A DNA stretch of 64,000 nucleotides from Sphyrna mokarran (taxonomy: Eukaryota). The position numbers and the translations under genes were made by a program. Within the stretch, counting starts at the first letter, position 1. Each line of letters begins with the position of its first letter. The stretch lies in NCBI GenBank assembly GCA_024679065.1, contig JAGIQG010000016.1, forward strand, positions 13,144,001 through 13,208,000, read 5' to 3'. Below the pieces are notes generated by a model that made no database searches, was not told the origin of the DNA, and saw only the letters and a list, made by a program, of their open reading frames with translations. Positions 26,055 to 38,649 of the stretch are shown here, piece after piece.

Positions 26055-27350
26055 CATAAGGCCATAAGACATAGGAGCAGAATTAGGCCATTCGGCTCAT
26101 CTAATTTGCTTCGCCTTTCAGTCATGGCTGATATTTTTATCCACTCTCATGACGGATCATTCCCGTTCGCCTGTCTTTTCTCCATAAACCCTGACCCCTT
26201 TTTAATCAGGAACCCATCTATCTCTATTTTGAACGAGAATACAAGAGCAGGGATACCCTTTTGAGGCTCTATAAGGCTTTGGTCAGACCCCATCTGAGTT
26301 TTGTAAATAGGCAAGATACTAAATTATCAGCCTTACGCAGCTTCTGCGGCAAAGTGTTCCACAAATTTATCACTCTCTGCATGAAAACATTTCTCCTCAT
26401 TTTTGTTTTAAATGATCGTTACTTCAGTCAAAGCTTTTCCTACTAGTGGGAACATCTCTACATGGCCACTCTATCCAGGAATCGTTGTGTTCTGTAAGTT
26501 CAAAAAATATAATCACACTCCTCACTTCCATCAGAATCAACTCTATTGGGTACTTCTCACCCGTCCTCATTCCATATGCTCTTTATTCCATGGATCATTT
26601 TCTGAATCTTCATAGATCCTTTCCAAGGTGAGCATATCATTCCTTAGATTCGGGGGCCAACACTGTTTACAAAACTCTAATGGGGTCTGGCCAAAGCCTT
26701 ACAGAGTCTCATAAGTATATCCCTGCTCTTGTATTCTCGTTCTTTCCACGTATATGCTGACAATGCAATTGCCTTCCTGATTGCCAACTGAACCTGCACG
26801 TAAACCTAAACGGAATCTTAAAAAAAAAACACTCCAATATCCCTTTGATTTTCAAGCGTTACCCATTTAGAAACTAGTCTATGCTTTCGCTGCTCCTTCT
26901 AAAATGCGTAACCTCACACTTTTCACATTGTATTTCATTTGTCAATACTTTCCCATTTTCCCATTTGGGCAGACGTGCCCAAGTCCGTCTGCAGCCAATT
27001 CTAACCCTCCCCCAAACTCCCTACCCAGCCCCTCCCCCGCTTCCTCAATGCTACTTGTCTCTTTAAATATATTTTTTTTCATCGTCTGCAAAGTTAACAA
27101 CAGTGCCTTCAGTTCTTTCTTCCAAATCGGTAATGTATATTGTGAAATGGTCCCAGCACGGACCTCTGAGGCACACCACTAATCATTGGCTGCCATCCTA
27201 AAACACAACTTGTATCCTCACTCGCGGTCTTTGCCTGTCAGACAATCGTCTATCCATGCCTGGACTTTTCCCATAACGCCATCTGTTTTTAACTTATTTC
27301 ACAGCGTCCAAAATCATGTCCAGTTATTCTCTTTTATCCCACGTGTTTGT
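26055..27350 (-). mobile_element. Older CR1-type LINE 3' portion (paralog of 4988-8200)
   Basis: 'ccataagacataggagcagaattaggccattcgg' tail and degenerate ORF2 C-terminus. It is truncated at about the same point as copy 1. Confidence 0.85.
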
Positions 27351-27499
27351 TACCGTTTGAAAGATTGTTATCCGGGTGATTTCTCTATGACATAGCTGCA
27401 GTTTTCAAAGTCGCAGATTTTCACTCTCTCTCTCTCGAAATGCAATTCTGGAGAGAGATATTGAGATTGAGAGAGAGGGAGAGAGATGAGCCGTGGGAG

Positions 27500-28090
27500 T
27501 GATGAGCTTTTATGCTTTTATATCTGCAAGGCGTCAGTTGAACACCTTGTTTATCCCACTTCCCCGTTTGTTTATAATCGTGATGCCATGTCATCATTTC
27601 CCACAAAAAGATTGGTCCTTCGTTGGGAAAGCTAATAGTTTTGATCTTAATACATTCTTGGTATCTAAGTGCCTGATTATAATTGATTAGCCACATTCAA
27701 AAGGCAGTTCCCACTTCCCAATTTGTAATACACTATCCACGTTTTCAAAAAAATATCCCTATGAGAAAAGAAAACATCATCATGAATATTTTTGTTGTTG
27801 TTTTAAACCTTAACTTCTTTAAATGAACACTCCCATTTCTATGGAGGATAAATATTTTCCTGACCCTCATCATGTACATTCTGCAACATGAAGATCCAAA
27901 GAAATAGTCGAGTTCTTTGTCATTAAATGTTTCCAGAAATGTTAAAGGATTGTACTTGGTCCAGAAAAAAAAACATAGTTAATGCACTGTTTGCAACAAA
28001 GCTATTAATATCTTACAAACTCAATGACGTTTTTCAAGGATTTTATTTTGTATTTTGGATGTGAGGGTTTTTTAAGCAATTTTATTCCGC
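27500..28090 (-). pseudogene. Family A member, C-terminal piece (gene probably starts at 34683)
   Basis: IIIRHLDTKNVLRSKLLAFPTKDQSFCGK aligns to LIRIKHLGTKNGLNLKLIVLATSDQSYCRK (ORF 46539..46859). LLKKPS resembles YLLKHPD. Confidence 0.65.
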
Positions 28091-28099
28091 AATTGCCTC

Positions 28100-31000
28100 C
28101 TGTGACATCACATTTCCAATGCACATTCCATTTGCTTCCATAGTGACTTTGGTGTGTTTCAAAAACAAAATGATGTGCGCAAAACTTTTGCGCCGGTTAG
28201 CAAAACATTCATATTGCCAAATTCCTCCTGACATTTGCCTATCCACCAAGATTTCGTGTTCCTTTTTTATTTGAACAAATGGGTCAACGGTGAAATAACG
28301 TTACGAAATATTGATAAAATGTCCCGGTAGCATCCGCTGAATTCCAAAACTTAAAAAAAAAATCGTAGATGATTTTTCAGATTGGTCGATGGCGTGCGTC
28401 TTCATTTTTTTTGGGTCTCATTCATTCATATCCAATGTTGTGCCTGCAGGATGCCAGTTCCACTCTGCAAATTCCGTTCTTGCCAAGTTAATGACTAAAT
28501 TTGTTTTACGTAGTCTCTCTACAGCTCTGCCAAATGCTTAATGTGGTCTTTTCACCAATGGCTAAAAATTACCCGTCACTTCGTCGGCAGCATAATTATT
28601 CAAATCTGCAAGCACTCTCCTCATGCGCCTTTGAAAAGCGGCTGCTGCATTTCATCTCAAAGGGCTATACGTTAAATTGGTATGGCTCATTTGGGTTACA
28701 GAAACAATACGTTCCTTTGCTCGCTCAGAGAAAAGAAAAAGAACTTATCAGTAGCCTTAAAGTATGTCCAATTTCATGATGTATGCATTTTTTTCTGCAT
28801 TCTGCAAATTCTCCTCCCGTTTTAGCATTGGGTATAAGTTAGGTTTCGACATAGTGCCGACCTTCCGATATTCTATGCAGAACCTTTGAGGATCATCATT
28901 TTTTTGGAACCAAAGCAATCGTACAATTCCATTCTCGGTCTATGTCCCACTTTGAGTGGCAGTAACTAATACCCGTTTCCCTGGTTAACATTTCGGTGCC
29001 CTTCTGCTCTTTCAATATATTCACATGACAAATCCTTTTGTTTTTTTTTTTGACCATCTGACATCTTTACCAGGTACTTCACCTGCTTGTACTTCTTCGC
29101 AATCTAATTGGGACAACTAAACGAGGATGGACGTTACAGTAAACTAAGCGAGGATGGACGTTACAGTTTGCAGAGGGACATAGATAGGTTGCAGAGCTGG
29201 GCCGTGAGGTGGCAAATGGAATTCAATACGGATAAGTATGAGGTGATTCACTTTGGAAGGAATAACAGGCGTATGAAATATAGGGCTAATGGAAGGACCC
29301 TTAATAGTGTTGTCGAGCAGAGGGATCTTTGGGTTCAAGCACATAGTTCTTTGAAAGTTGGCACCCAGGTTGATAAAGTTGTTAAGAAGGCGTACGGTGT
29401 GTTAGCTTTTATTGGTAGAGGGATTGAATTTCGGAGCCGTGAGGTTATGTTACAACTGTACAAAACTCTGGTGCGGCCGCACTTAGAGTATTGCGTACAG
29501 TTCTGGTCGCCGCATTATAAGAAAGATGTGGAAGCATTGGAAAGGGTGCAGAGGAGGTTTACCAGGATGTTGCCTGGTATGGTGGGAAGGCCTTATGAGG
29601 AAAGGCTGAGGGACCTGAGGTTATTTTCATTAGAGAGAAGAAGGTTACGCGGTGACCTAATTGAGGCGTATAAGATGATCAAAGGACTGGATAGGGTGGA
29701 TAGTGAGAGCCTTTTTCCTCGGATGGTGATGACCAACACGAGGGGACATAACTTTAAATTAAGAGGTGGTAGTTATAGGACGGATGTCAGAGGCAGGTTC
29801 TTTACACAGAGGGTGGTGAGGCGTGGAATGCCCTGCCTGCAGCAGTTGTGGACTCGCCTACTTTGGGGGCATTCAAATGTTCGGTGGATAGGCATATGGA
29901 TGATATTGGAATAGTTTAGGTTAGAGGGTCCACTGGCCGGCGCAACATCGAGGGCCGAAGGGCCTGTACTGCGCTGTAATGTTCTATGTTCTATGTTCTA
30001 ATTCTTGCGTTGACGAGAGTTCCTACTACTAGTAATAACACCAATAATGGTTCCCCACGGGCAATCATACACATTTTAGATCTTGTGTCTGATTATCTGA
30101 TTCTTGCTTCATATGCAACATTCAACTGTTGTCTAGGCAATTCACCTACTCTGTTTAATGTTCCTCTCACCTCAGATGCATAATCAAATTGTGAGATATC
30201 TGACATGAAAGCGACCAACATTTCCTTAATTAATTTGATACACTCTCTTACCTCAGGTCCGCACGTCAATTCAAATGGGTTAAATTTTATTTGGCACATC
30301 TCTAATTGAAAATAACATACAAAAACAGTATGTCCTTTAGGAGCTGATGCCACCGTTCCAATGTTCCCTGGGATTCAGCATGGCACCCACTCGAAGTAAT
30401 ATGCATGATGCCTAAAGTATTTATGACATCCTTTAATAATTTGGCTGGAAAATTGGACCCTTGGTCTGTCAATATTTAGCTGATAATCCATAATTGATAA
30501 AGAGAGTGAGCCACGACTCCATAACATGTGTTTTTTTTTCTAGAAAGGCTGTAATGGAATTGACTCGGAACACCATATAGACACAGCGAGCATGTCTAGC
30601 AAATGCTGGCTCCCACGTTTGTTGTTAGAGGTGGGACTGAGACAGTCAACTATAACCCGCTTGATCTGTTATTTCACTGTGGGAATTGTCATCGGTGGCA
30701 CTGTTTTTTTTTTTATCAATGCTCGTGGCTTTCTTAACATGTGACATCTATGTCAGGCAAAATTCAATCACATATTTATTTACTCTAGGATAACAAAAAC
30801 GCTTTTGTATCTCGTCCTGAGACTTAAAGCAAATCTATGAGCTACCTGCAATGCTTTCATCTGTATTCTTCCTGCAATACAATGTGGTTAATGCCTGCCA
30901 ATTTCTCATCTCCACTAACTCACCAATGTCCATTGCCGCCTTAAGAGCTTATTTTTAATTGCATTCTGGAATACACACTAATCCCGTTTCCGGATAGGCA

Positions 31001-32300
31001 TTATAATATTGGTGCTTTATTGCCGCATATCGTTGTTGTACCTCGATTACTTTTCTTCAGAACTAAACCTGTTCCTCTATCTGCTTCGATTTTTTTTTCC
31101 TCATTTTCCATTTCATCAGACTGTCAACTAAGCAGGTCTCAACTCTTTCCTCGTCCTCTTGTGTTCTCACTTACTGTTTTATGGTTTTGGAATATTTCTG
31201 CCACACAGTCTTGAGAATTTTTAGCGTAATATTCTTTGAACTCCTCATTTCCTGGTTTACTTCGGGCTCGGCACTAAAATAAACATAACTCCCACCTGTG
31301 ATCCGATTCTACCATTTTGTAAAAATAAACTGTATTCCTGGAAAAGCCAAATTTCTGTCGCTCCCACTATTGCCAATTTCTAGGGCAATATTTCTGATTT
31401 TTTTTTTAACTAAGGCATAGACTAGTCCATCCATCTTCAGTAACTTTGTATGTTTTACATGAACTAAACCTTTCACACATAAATTAAATATTTAAAAGTC
31501 CAGCCACTATGTCAATGTCCAACCCATGTCTAGGCTGTGCACACTTCTTAAGTTTATTGGCTTATTTGTTGTTGCCTTAACTGGTCATATTAGTTGAACT
31601 ACTTTTATCAATGCCTTTGTTAAACCATAATATTGTGACGCTTTGTGTTCCACTTTAATGCAGACAAAAATAATTGAGATATTTCATATCCTTTCCAAGC
31701 TTTTGAGTTCCATTCTTCCAAACTGTCGCTAATATAATTTTTGTTCCTCTCGTAATTCTGCAACAAGTTCAATTTTTTTCAATTGTTACTGCGAACTGCA
31801 CTTTCATACATTATAATTTTGCAGAATGAATATTAGTAATGGACTACTCTACATATGATAAACAACGCTTGTAATTTTCTAATATCAGCTGCTGAGCTTG
31901 AAATTCACACAAATATCACCTAAAATCAGTGGCCTCGTTTTGGATAGTTGTATGAGTGGAGGCAGAATCTCCTCACCTGTTCCGACCAATTTCGTCCCAA
32001 TGTTGAACACCTAATCAAGCCTTTTTTTTCAGCTTTCATTCCTTCAATAGGAACCTTGCTGTCACCTCCATTCAAAATTCATAACTTAATATTTCGTTGC
32101 TGGAAGCATTCTTATTCATGGTCATTCTTATAAATTGATGCGAATAGGTATGCATCCATTTTCCAGAAACGGTCTAACAGTTGCCTTCTATATACTCGAT
32201 TACCTTATTAGTTAGATCAGAGCAGTATTGGATTTCATAACTGATCTTTCCACTTGTCTTGATGCCATCAATCGTCTCGGCACATATACTCGCAGGTTTC
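28100..32300 (-). mobile_element. Ty3/Gypsy LTR retrotransposon remnant, Gmr1-like order (PR-IN-RT), no clear LTRs
   Basis: RT near 28920-28100 (LVPKK..QRFCIEYRKV...YPM, MKLDIL*GY). Integrase near 30900-30050 (KRVIVDCLSP...G.QHLL, QTKGPIF). PGIQFI at about 31330. The right boundary is approximate. Confidence 0.8.
29108..30000 (+). mobile_element. Young CR1/HER1-type LINE, 5'-truncated, inserted in the Gypsy element
   Basis: ORF of 268 aa (LQRDIDRLQSWA..WQMEFN..., LYKTLVRPHLEYCVQFWSPHY, RGDLIEAYK), a (TTCTATG)n tail and candidate TSD TCTAATT at 29103 and 29997. Confidence 0.97.
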
Positions 32301-32399
32301 CTTAAATTTGCACCCGTTCTATAATTTCCTGCTCACGTTTCTCCTCGCAAAATCCTTCAGTCACAGTTTTCCATATTTAACAAACGTTACATATCTGCC

Positions 32400-33410
32400 T
32401 TCTCCAGCAGGGTGTAAATGTCATTTTGAAGTACTGCAGCGTATTTTCACAGCTTAAAATGCATCCGATTCCTGTATTAGCTGCAAAGATTGCCACTATC
32501 AATGGCATACCAGGATAAATGGGAGGACACGCATCAAGCCTTCCTCCGCCCAAACGAATATCCGTTAGCCATTTAATTATTTACCGACGTCATGATCCAC
32601 ATTTCATGCACGACCTTCATTCTCAAAATTTGGCATGTGACATTGTTTCGATTTTCTTCTGAAAATCCAATTGCATCGAATAAATACCATTGCCTTTGTG
32701 AAATATTTACGTTACGTTCCGAAATAATTTCCGCAAATTAATGAAAAATGTTCCTTTTAAGTTTGGTTTGCAATATTTTCACGTCAAGTTAGGTTGTCCA
32801 ATCAACTACAGATTTAATCAGCAATAATAGATTCTCGAGGCTGCTGCGCTTATGATGTGACACTTACTGATATATTTCTTGCTCCATCCTTACAAATCTT
32901 TTTGGAACAAGTCCGTAATATTTGCACTTCGACATTGTTTTAGACTTCACCTAAGTCTAGAGAAGAGTGCGGGTTTATGGGTATTTTACTGAAAACTCAT
33001 TTTCATTTCCTTTAATTTCATCCGGCCCCTATGCCCTATGCAATTTCGTTATAAATTGTGTTTTCAATACTTCCTCCTCATCAATGATGCGCATTGCATT
33101 TGAAAATTTCCTCGTCTGCTTCAATTTTCTAAGTAGCATCTGTAACGTTGGTAAAAAGAAAATGCACAGTATTAGTTTAATACAAGTCAAGCGTTTGTGT
33201 GTACTTCCGTGCTTATGTCTAAAATTAGCTACACTCAAACTTTCACTATTTGTATACTTATCGAGGACAATGGGATTCCACTTCGCGTTTGTCAGATTGC
33301 TTTCTATTCGCTTCACTATTTTTTGACATCTTCAACTCTCTGAACATTCTTTATCTTTCATAATTCTCTGCTGCATTTCTTCCCTGATACGACTCATCGG
33401 TATTATTTCC
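32400..33410 (-). pseudogene. Decayed ORF segment, probably the middle of the 34683-27500 family A copy
   Basis: ORF 33029..33316 and a stop-interrupted continuation. It lies between the N-terminal (34683) and C-terminal (28090) family A pieces. Confidence 0.35.
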
Positions 33411-33429
33411 TCCGGACCGGACTATGTTT

Positions 33430-34255
33430 ATTTCTTTTCTCACTTTAAAACAGGTAGCCTTTCTATACCTGCCCATCGTTTCCTTCCAATGGATTGCACA
33501 TCAGCTGTGTCAGTACATCTAATCAGGATCTTCCTTGCTCGATTATTCAGTTACCATGGCATCATATTTCCACAATTCAATCTAAGCCTGTAAATTCCCA
33601 GTCTATTTACTATTTTACAATACACTCATTTGACCCTGTGAGATCTATTTAAGTCTCTTGGACTGCTTCCCGTCTTCCAGCATCTTATGACTGAGTGAGG
33701 ATAAGGTTTTTCAGTCAAAGTTTGATGAATCTATGGAACTCGCAACCAAAGACGGCTGTGGAATTTCGGTTACCGAACACGTTCAATATATTATCCTAGA
33801 TACTGCAAGAGACTAAGAGGACACCCAGATTTGAAGACAACAAGGGAAAATGGCGTTGCATTTGATTAACAATCATGATGGGCATCAAGGAGCAGGCGAG
33901 ACAGAGTAAATGCCACACTCTTATTATTTTGCCAGTTTACCGTAAATGCCTTTGTCGAATGGTTTGATTTCACTTCCGGGAAGAAGTTTTGCCTCTCAGA
34001 CTCAGAAATTTCTGCTTTCAGAAGAAAAACTGAAAACAGCAGAAAGAGCTATTGTGTTGTGTTGTGTCCAAACCCAAGATCAAGGTATCCCCTCGCAAGA
34101 ATAGGAGTGTTCCATGCGCCTATTCAATAAACGTTTGTAAGTTCCTAAAGTGTTCGACTCCACCATCACAGCAGATAGTCTATTCCACACCCCAAGCACT
34201 CTCTAAGTAAAGAATCTACATCGGACATCCCTCCTATATCTTCCAACATAAGCCT
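33430..34255. mobile_element. Cluster of old CR1 fragments: endonuclease N-terminus on minus (about 33430-33635), 3' end on plus (about 33670-33920), 3' end on minus (about 34040-34255)
   Basis: IVNRL...LQA*IELWKYDAMVTE (APE start), 'ggtttttcagtcaaagtttgatgaatctatggaactc' and 'ccatgcgcctattcaataaacgtttg...ctattccacacc'. Confidence 0.6.
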
Positions 34256-34259
34256 CATT

Positions 34260-34683
34260 TCTTTTGAAGAAGAAGGAGGACATTCACCTACCAATTATAT
34301 TTATGTCGAAATTAAATAATTACAGGTATTTTCTGTCAATGTTTAAGGAATGGAAATTGGGAAAACGTATTTTTTGACGAATAGAATAATAAAATAGCAC
34401 CAATTGCCTTCATACTCATCAGTGAATAGACGTAAACATGTCACAGTGTATCACAATAACACTTAACGTTATTATTGAAATAAATGAACGCCAAATTGTG
34501 TTTATTTGCAATACAGTCAGCGCTGATTTGGTCTAATGTGCATAAAGATGCTCCTACGTGAGTGTGCATTTGTTGAGGCCGAATATCTGAAGCGATGTGG
34601 TATCTAAAAGAGAAGGGAACGACGTCAAAACAGTTGCCAATAGCTAAGGTTTGCACGTGATTAGGATTGCACTGGGAATGTTT
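34260..34683 (-). pseudogene. Family A member, N-terminal piece
   Basis: Strong polypyrimidine acceptor (ttttcgtgtttttttcccttcatctgttttatatcag) at 34684. VQTLAIGNCFDVV resembles EQTNLASGTGFGIL at the start of the 9875 copy. Confidence 0.5.
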
Positions 34684-34894
34684 CTGATATAAAACAGATG
34701 AAGGGAAAAAAACACGAAAAGGAAATTAAAAAAATTACAATAACCGAAGAAAATGGATAAAATCTATGTATTTGTTACGAAATTGTGCGGCACAATCTGA
34801 TTCAATTCGTGTATCAAACATCACGGAACACAGGCTAAATAGAAGATTCGAATTAATATGCAATCTAAATGTCGATTTTGCATAACCCAACAAT

Positions 34895-35020
34895 GTGAAA
34901 GAAAGCAAATTGCTCTGGATGTTGGAACTTAAAACACCAACAGAAAATGCGACAAAATCTAGAAAAGGTTGACAGCATCAGTGGAGATAGAATTATCTGA
35001 CGATGCGTCGTCGAACTCAA
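34895..35020 (-). mobile_element. Penelope-like 3' terminal fragment
   Basis: Reverse-complement relative of 14460-14610. Confidence 0.45.
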
Positions 35021-35249
35021 AATTATCGTTCCGCACGCTCTCCAAATTTTATTGTCAAATCGGCTGAAGAAAACGGGTGGGAAAGGCGGGATGGGGGTGT
35101 GGGGTAGTGGCGGGTATGGGATGGCGTGGGGAGGGGGGAAGAGTGGGGACATTCTTTGTTACCTCGGGCAATAACTTTATAACGCTCTATACCTGATGGG
35201 AAGCCGAATGAAGATCGTACATTATGGTTGATTCTCTGGCGCTAACAGT

Positions 35250-37967
35250 GATAGTTACTGAACTGTCGTGTTGCCTGTCAATTGGTCCAGTTTAAGCGTG
35301 CACTACCGACGTGAAGCATTAGGGAACTCTCGAAGCAACATCCAAGAGTCGCCCTCGCACGACCCACCGTGTGTATGCCCTTTGTTGGCCAACAAGGCGG
35401 ACTGAAACATCTGTGGATATGAAAAAGAGACAGCAATAAACACACACAACCTATACAGACATTCACGCAAGATCCCAGAAGCTCAAACGTAAGAGACAGG
35501 TGAGCCATAAAATATGACTTAAAATAAAATAAGATTCCCATGGAAATCTATTGATTCTCAGGAACGTCCTGAGGCTCTTGATCCTTACTAGAACATTCTT
35601 TTGTATCCCTCCATCTCATGTGCCAATGTGCCAATCCAGGTAAGCCTTAAACAGCTTTAGCGTGCGCGACTCCAACACCCTACTTGGCAGTGCATTCAAG
35701 CCCCCACAACCGTCTGTGTGAAAAACCTCCGTCTAATATCTGAATTATTAGATATTTCCCCCCTCGAACCCAAGCCCGTGGCCCTTCGTTATTTTTGTAT
35801 CAGACTTGTGAAAAAAAGCTTCCCACTTTTCACTCTATCTATACCCTTCATAAATCTTACACTCCTCTACAATGTCTCCCCTCATTCTCTGATTTTCCAG
35901 GGAGAACAGTTCCAATTTTCCCGATCTCTCCTCATAACTAAGACCTTCCATACCAGGCAGCATCCTGGTAAACCTCTCTGCAGTCTCTCCAAGATCTCCA
36001 CGTCCTTCCGGTAGTGTGGCGACCAGAACTGGACGCAGTACTCCAAACGTGGTCGAACCAACGTTCTATATAACTGCAACATTAGCTGCCAGTCACAGTA
36101 TGTAAAAACACTTTGAAGCAATTAGGTGAGAAAAATATTAAGTCGTGTTTCATGAATGCAGTCGCCCCACAACCGAGAAACAATTTCCAAAGAGACAACA
36201 GCGTCACGGGTAATGTTTGTTTGGCTGCCTGTTATATTTCATGATGCATTACTGTTATTTTCTTCTAAGGGCTCACATATCAAGCAACATCTAAAACTGG
36301 TGTTTTGATGAAATCAACACTTTAGCAACTACCGATGCTATTGGTAGGGCCAGATGAATAAATATCACGCAGTTTTAATTTTTGTGGCATGACATTTTAT
36401 ATCTGCAGTCCATTTTAGTAACTCTCCGATGGCGCAAATCTTCTCCAGTCCGGCCATTACATTTCGAGACTCAAGTGACTAATTCTCCCGTCTTTGAAAA
36501 CTCCGTTCACTATCTAATTCAAAAGCATCTTATTATTGTTTGTACACAAATATTCCCTCCAAACTATGTTTCCCTCAAAACTTCTTTGATGATTAAAAGC
36601 AGAATTCGAGTTTTATCATGGCTCAACCTCGACACAACGGATGATTTAGAAATCAACACAAATCCAACAATGATGCTTGCATGTAAACTGATTATATTGT
36701 AAATGTACCATATTTATCTCGAATTATCTTCGACAGGTGAGAAAATGAAATCGAAAGAGGAAGGTAAATAAATTTTAATGACCGTCCCGCGGTCGTAGAT
36801 CTTTCGTTGTTGCTTTCATTATTTTCCCCATGTGGATAACTTTCGTTTACATTTAAACATATTGCAAATAGTAGTGGACAGGGATTGGAAAAAAAAAATC
36901 GGGAATTAGATTTCTCTAATTCCCTGATCAAGTTTTCCCTTTCGTACCTCGATTGCCACTGGCTTCTGCCGTTTTTTTTTTGCTGACATTCAGTTTCATG
37001 AATGCGTTTTAAGTAAACAAAATATATTCACTTAACTGGGTCACTTCGAAATATGTTCTGTTGCATATCGACACGCCACTCCACTGGTGTTGACAAATTA
37101 AAGAGTTGAGATTTTTGGCGGAATTGTTCGAGGTGTCTGTTAGGAAGAAAAACAATATAATTATCTCCAGTTTTAAAGAAAGCAATGGTTCCGCGATTTA
37201 TGCCAGCTCTTTGTATTGTGTTCAATTCTGTATCACCGAATTCAACAAGTTTTCTCGTCTTTCCGTGTGGAGTCCAGGCACTTAGCACATAATGGAGGAA
37301 GTACCATCCTTGAAGAATTTGGCTGCTGAAAATATTTTTAACCCTTATACTATGACCTAACAGCAATATTTTGAATGGGCACATTGGTTCTAAATTACCA
37401 TTGTACACGTTGTGGATCTTTGCCATAACTCTGCCGTATTTGTTACTGTGAAGGAATTAATGCAATGTTCTCATACTTTTCCATTGCATTCTAAAAGAAA
37501 GAGCAGGTAAATAATCGGTTGCCTTTTCCATATTAAATCGCTCATACTTCCTATTATGTACCCCAGAGCTCGTCTCATGCAACGAAGTTGTGAAAGATTT
37601 AGGTGAGACCATACCGTTATGCATGAAATCTTTGACATCCAAACAGGATTAACAATATTTGCGACACATGCAGCGAAGTTACGTTGTTTTGGGGGAGCTC
37701 GGTTGGGGGAAAATTCATATTATGTTCCGTTTTCTTCGAAGAAACAAAATATCAACAATTTCTTTGTAATAGTACATTTATATTCCATGTTGCGAAATAA
37801 GGGATTCCAAGGAATCATGAACGAAGTTGATGTACCTTTTTTTTTAGATTAGCAATTCTCACGTCGTTCGCCGGCAGTCGAAGATGTACAGAAATTCCAA
37901 CCACTTGGCATTACTTTTCAGAGTAACATTCTTTTTCCAGAAACATTTCAAGTCAAAGTATTATATT
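35250..37967 (-). pseudogene. Best-preserved family A member (split by the CR1 at 35590-36095)
   Basis: Acceptor at 37968. One frame runs about 310 codons with point stops through ORFs 37457..37642 and 37028..37426 (GWYFLHYVLSAWTPHGK). 'ttttctcacctaa' is shared with 46975. ENQ*ISMGILFYFK resembles ENKLSISLQVCILFQ. Confidence 0.7.
35590..36095 (-). mobile_element. CR1-type LINE 3' fragment
   Basis: ORF 35882..36121: MLQLYRTLVRPRLEYCVQFWSPHYRKDVEILERLQR. Confidence 0.92.
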
Positions 37968-38312
37968 CTGTTTTCAGAAGGCAAGCAGGAAACAAAAGGG
38001 AGACGATTATTTTAAATTACAAAATTCGGCTGTTAGGACACAATATGGGGAAAGTCCATTTCAACACGTACCAAAGACCTATTATTCCTGTGCTAACATA
38101 TTTATTCATGCTCTAAATCAAGGCACAATCATATGCAGAAGTACCAAATAAAGTTTAAAAAAAATTAGTCCAGAGCTCCATGCTTCTAACGGTGATTATA
38201 GATACAGGGTTTTTGCTATATTATATGAAATGCAATGACGATGAGCAGAAGAATACATATAGAAAAAACATTCTGTTGCACTTCTGAGCATGAAGATAGC
38301 ATGGAAGGAGAA

Positions 38313-38376
38313 ATATATGCGTGTGTATGTGTGTGTGCGCGCGAGAGAGTATATATGTATATATATATATATATAG
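38313..38376. repeat. Compound (TG)(CG)(GA)(TA) microsatellite
   Basis: gtgtgtgcgcgcgagagagtatatatgtatatatatat. Confidence 0.9.
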
Positions 38377-38649
38377 AAAAGAGCGGAGAAGAGAGAGCAA
38401 TCCACTCTGAAAATAAAGTGAGAGGTGAGAACCACATGAGCTTGGAAACAATACATAAAATCTGCAGTGGCAAGCGGGACGGAGATCAGGACTAGAGAGA
38501 AGTGGGATCATAAAAACATTGCGAGAGGAGCTCAGAGCTAGGACGCGAGAAGTGCTCGAAATATTAATGTGCGGTTACAGAAAATTAGACAGGAGTTTGT
38601 GTGGTTGCAATCGTGAATCTTAAGCTTAAAGCATTTAGATAACGAATAA

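Larger units (their letters stand above)
22975..27700. repeat. Local segmental duplication, copy 2 (paralogous to about 4020-8560)
   Basis: Colinear with copy 1 once the Penelope insertion (23760-25780) is removed here and the nested CR1 is removed from copy 1. Confidence 0.85.

Noticed and set aside
29108-29914. Longest ORF (268 aa) as a host gene
   Set aside because: It is the C-terminus of CR1 ORF2 in a 5'-truncated copy.
37140-37190. FFKTGDNYIVF resembling mononegaviral L protein motif C (GDNQ)
   Set aside because: Motifs A and B are absent upstream and GDN was not seen in the paralogs.
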